A stretch of 38,118 nt of DNA from a virus (lineage: Duplodnaviria; Caudoviricetes). The notes under the pieces were generated by a model that was not told the DNA's origin, made no database searches, and was given only the letters and a program-made list of their open reading frames with translations. Shown piece after piece: positions 35,407 through 38,118 of this stretch (the stretch's first letter is position 1; each line of letters begins with the position of its first letter). The stretch covers positions 1-38,118 of IMG/VR virus record IMGVR_UViG_3300035703_000210, one strand, 5' to 3'. A program made the translations under genes and the position numbers.

Positions 35407-36300
35407 ATGGCGCTGAACTATGGTTCTGGTTTATACGGCAGTGGCAAATGGGGAACCGATGCCAGTGTTGACAACTATGGTTCAGCCACCTATGGCACAG
35501 GCAAGTATTCCGCACCTGATCAGAATTACGTTGAAGGCAATGCAACCGCCGCTTCCACATCAACCATGGAGGCGTCTGGCGATAAGACGCCAGGCAGCGG
35601 TAGCAATTACGGATTCGGCAATTACGGTTCGGGAAGCTACTCAGGAACGTCCGTTATTTATGTTGACGGGCAAGCAAACGCAGCGTCCGAGTCAGCCGTT
35701 ACCGCGGTTGCAAGCATTCTCTTTAGCGTTAGCGCAACCGCTGCAAGCGATTCAAGCCAAACGGCTAATGCACAAGTTAACCGAAACGCGCAAGCCACAT
35801 CAGCAAGCGAAAGCAATGCAAGCGCATTGGGTTCCATTGTTCAGGATGGCGCAGCAACCGCGGCAAGTGTTTCAACGGTTACGGCAACGGGCGAAGGCTT
35901 GGTGGATGGAGCCGCCAGCGCTGCAAGCACAAGCGCGGTATCCGCAAACGGCGACAGATTCCTGGGCGGGATTGCCACTGCCGCATCAGAAAGTGCAGTT
36001 ACCGCAAACGCTGAAACATTCTCAAGCGGCCAGGCAACAGCCGCCGCGGAATCCTCTGCAACGGCTCAGGCCGATGTTGACATTGGTAACTCAGCATTTG
36101 CCGCTGCCGAATCAAGCGTTACAGCTGATCCCACAACAACTTGGTGGGCGCAAGCGACGGTTATCAGCACGACAAGCATGTCAGCTAATGGCGGTTTGAA
36201 ATGGGAACCCGTTGCACCTGTTACCACCACCTGGACAAACATCACAGATCCGTCCAACACATGGACGCCAATCAATTCACCATGGCGGGATGCCGCATAA
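35407..36300 (+). CDS. Ala/Ser/Thr-rich repetitive structural protein
   Basis: Three YG-x3-YG-x3-[YW] blocks followed by about ten ~20-aa 'G.ATAASES..TA' repeats. Confidence 0.7.
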   Translation: MALNYGSGLYGSGKWGTDASVDNYGSATYGTGKYSAPDQNYVEGNATAASTSTMEASGDKTPGSGSNYGFGNYGSGSYSGTSVIYVDGQANAASESAVTAVASILFSVSATAASDSSQTANAQVNRNAQATSASESNASALGSIVQDGAATAASVSTVTATGEGLVDGAASAASTSAVSANGDRFLGGIATAASESAVTANAETFSSGQATAAAESSATAQADVDIGNSAFAAAESSVTADPTTTWWAQATVISTTSMSANGGLKWEPVAPVTTTWTNITDPSNTWTPINSPWRDAA

Positions 36301-36311
36301 CGAGGTAAATC

Positions 36312-37037
36312 ATGGCCGATACAACAACCAGTAACCTTTCACTTACCAAGCCTGAAGTTGGCGCGTCAACTGACACATGGGGTTACAAACTCAACACGAA
36401 TATGGATACGCTCGATGCGTTGTTCGCGGCAGCGGGCAGCGGTACAAGCGTTGGCTTAAACGTCGGATCAGGTAAGACGCTTGCGCTTGGCGGGAACATG
36501 ACTGGCGCAGGAACGATCAACGGTGTGTCCATTGGTCAAACCGTTGCTGGTGCCGGTGCATTCACAACGCTTACCGCATCAGGCAATGTAACGCTTGGCG
36601 ATTCGACAACGGACGCCATAACAGCGTCAGGGAAGATGGTTATCAAACCCGTGGTTGAAACGGCAAACGTTTCTGCAACCGCGGCAACCGGAACGGTTAA
36701 CGTTGACCTTACCGAGCGCGCTGTTAACTACTACACGTCAAACGCTTCCGCCAACTGGACGTTCAACTTTCGTGGCGATGCAGCGACAACGCTTAACAAC
36801 TTTATTACCACAGGCCAATCTATCACTTGCGCGTTTCTCGTGACGAATGGCCCAACTGGGTACTACCCAACCGGGTTTCAGGTTGATAGCACAACGACTA
36901 ACGTTAGCGTCAAATGGCAGCAGGGAACGGCGCCATCAGCTGGCAATACAACATCCATTGACGCTTATGTGTTCAGTATTATCAAAACGGCTGCAAGCAC
37001 TTACACGATCCTTGCATCCCAAACGAAGTTTGCGTAA
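36312..37037 (+). CDS. Tail fibre-like protein
   Basis: N-terminal anchor '[29 protein letters not shown]' and C-terminal 'VKWQQGTAP...[10 protein letters not shown]'. Confidence 0.75.
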   Translation: MADTTTSNLSLTKPEVGASTDTWGYKLNTNMDTLDALFAAAGSGTSVGLNVGSGKTLALGGNMTGAGTINGVSIGQTVAGAGAFTTLTASGNVTLGDSTTDAITASGKMVIKPVVETANVSATAATGTVNVDLTERAVNYYTSNASANWTFNFRGDAATTLNNFITTGQSITCAFLVTNGPTGYYPTGFQVDSTTTNVSVKWQQGTAPSAGNTTSIDAYVFSIIKTAASTYTILASQTKFA

Positions 37038-37049
37038 GGAGCAGCGAAT

Positions 37050-38118
37050 ATGCCTGTTCTTTCAACACTTGGCGCGGCCATTGCTAACGTTTATGGGTTC
37101 ACGTCCGGCCTGATCAAAGATCAGTATTTCAACCTTGTATCCTTGCTTCTCCCAGGCAACGGCACTAACGGCGCTCAGAACAATACGTTCTTAGACAGTT
37201 CCAGCAATACATTCACCATCACCCGCAACGGCAACACAACGCAAGGCACGTTCTCGCCGTTCAGCCAGACTGGGTGGGGGAATTATTTTAACGGGTCGAG
37301 TTATTTGCAGGTAGCAAGTAATGCAGCGTTTGCTTTTGGTACAGGCGATTTCTCAATGGAATTTTGGTTTTATCCAACGGTAGCTGCAACCCAAAGAAAT
37401 ATAAGTTTTCCAACTGCTAATGCTCCAATCCTTAACATGACTTCATCAAGGACATTAGAATTCGGAAATTATGGGATTAGCACTATTGCAACAACATCAA
37501 ACACACTTACCCTTAACGCATGGAATTTTTGTGCGGCCAGTAGGGTATCTGGAACCCTAAGGCTTTTTATCAATGGAGTTCAAGGAGCTTCTGTATCTGA
37601 CTCAACAAATTTTGTGCAAAGTCTTGTAAATATAGGTACGGACACAGGGGGTATTTTTGCAACAGGATACATGGCAGATGTTCGTATCGTAAAAGGGTCT
37701 GGATTTACAACATCAACAGTCCCAACGGCGCCGCTAACAGCAATCTCAGGAACTTCACTACTAACCTGTCAATCTAACCGTTTCCGTGATGCCAGCGGTA
37801 ATGGTTTTACGATTACCACTTCAGGCTCACCCTCCGTAACCCCCTTCTCCCCCTTCGCTCCAACGTCCTCCTACAGTGCTGCCGCAGTGGGTGGTAGCGG
37901 GTACTTTGATGGGAGTGGGGATTATTTGGATGTTGCTAATAACGCTGCGCTGCAATTAGGAACGTCTGATTTCACGTTAGAAACGTGGACATATCTGATA
38001 GACCAAGCTGGAACTGCTAACCATGTAATTATCAGTAAACAAAATTATCTTATTTACTATGAAGAAGCTATTTCTAAGTGGATTTTTGAAACAAACTTAG
38101 GGTCAATTACATCCTCCT
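37050..38118 (+). CDS. Multi-LamG/concanavalin A-like tail fibre / receptor-binding protein (3' truncated), not in the ORF track
   Basis: Manual translation is open to the window end: MPVLSTLG...DQYFNLVSLLL.GNGTNG...FGTGDFSMEFWFYP...LRLFING...GYMADVRIVKG...SGYFDGSGDYL...LGTSDFTLETW. AGGAG RBS. Confidence 0.88.
   Translation, partial: MPVLSTLGAAIANVYGFTSGLIKDQYFNLVSLLLPGNGTNGAQNNTFLDSSSNTFTITRNGNTTQGTFSPFSQTGWGNYFNGSSYLQVASNAAFAFGTGDFSMEFWFYPTVAATQRNISFPTANAPILNMTSSRTLEFGNYGISTIATTSNTLTLNAWNFCAASRVSGTLRLFINGVQGASVSDSTNFVQSLVNIGTDTGGIFATGYMADVRIVKGSGFTTSTVPTAPLTAISGTSLLTCQSNRFRDASGNGFTITTSGSPSVTPFSPFAPTSSYSAAAVGGSGYFDGSGDYLDVANNAALQLGTSDFTLETWTYLIDQAGTANHVIISKQNYLIYYEEAISKWIFETNLGSITSS

Larger units (their letters stand above)
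1..38118 (+). mobile_element. Podovirus-like tailed phage genome, near-complete, probably circularly permuted
   Basis: TerS, TerL, portal, scaffold, capsid, lysis, ejection and primase-helicase genes are all co-oriented with many ATGA/TGATG overlaps. There is no tape-measure gene and no host flank. Both ends lie in LamG-type tail fibre coding sequence. Confidence 0.95.

Noticed and set aside
182-36275. Numerous minus-strand and nested ORFs in the track (for example 31983-32555, 14263-15036, 35420-36199)
   Set aside because: They overlap well-supported + strand genes, lack recognisable motifs and look like shadow frames.
37050-38118. Diversity-generating retroelement or invertible cassette acting on the tail fibre
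   Set aside because: No reverse transcriptase, no template/variable repeat pair and no inverted alternative fibre segment were seen.
1-38118. Impression of ACGCG/CGCGT and AACG/CGTT enrichment as a possible modification target motif
   Set aside because: It cannot be quantified by eye. A codon-controlled k-mer analysis is needed before any claim.

Overview
This window is a near-complete, probably circularly permuted ~38 kb genome of a podovirus-like tailed dsDNA phage, with every credible gene on the + strand. The contig breaks inside a LamG/concanavalin-like tail fibre gene, whose N-terminal part is at 37050-end and C-terminal part at 1-230. Gene order is: lysis (small membrane protein, 3TM holin, GH24 lysozyme); tail and ejection genes; terminator; RuvC-like resolvase; a sugar-modification cluster (SDR epimerase, NDP-hexose C-methyltransferase, GT-A and GT-B glycosyltransferases, with two paralogous small proteins interleaved); GNAT, HNH and small accessory genes; DUF2800-like exonuclease, SSB-like protein and primase-helicase followed by an iteron-like GTCC array; TerS, a structured intergenic region, a serine recombinase and TerL; a TGT/DpdA-like enzyme coupled to a VUT (YhhQ-like) transporter; then an ART-PolyVal-like protein, small basic and acidic proteins, P22-like portal, scaffold, major capsid protein, a third glycosyltransferase and tail genes. 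I see no DNA polymerase, tyrosine integrase, clear repressor, tRNA or CRISPR array. The best candidates for new biology are (1) a salvage-only 7-deazaguanine base-exchange module and (2) a C-methylated-sugar glycosylation system with duplicated small partner proteins. All family calls come from motif recognition by eye, not database searches.
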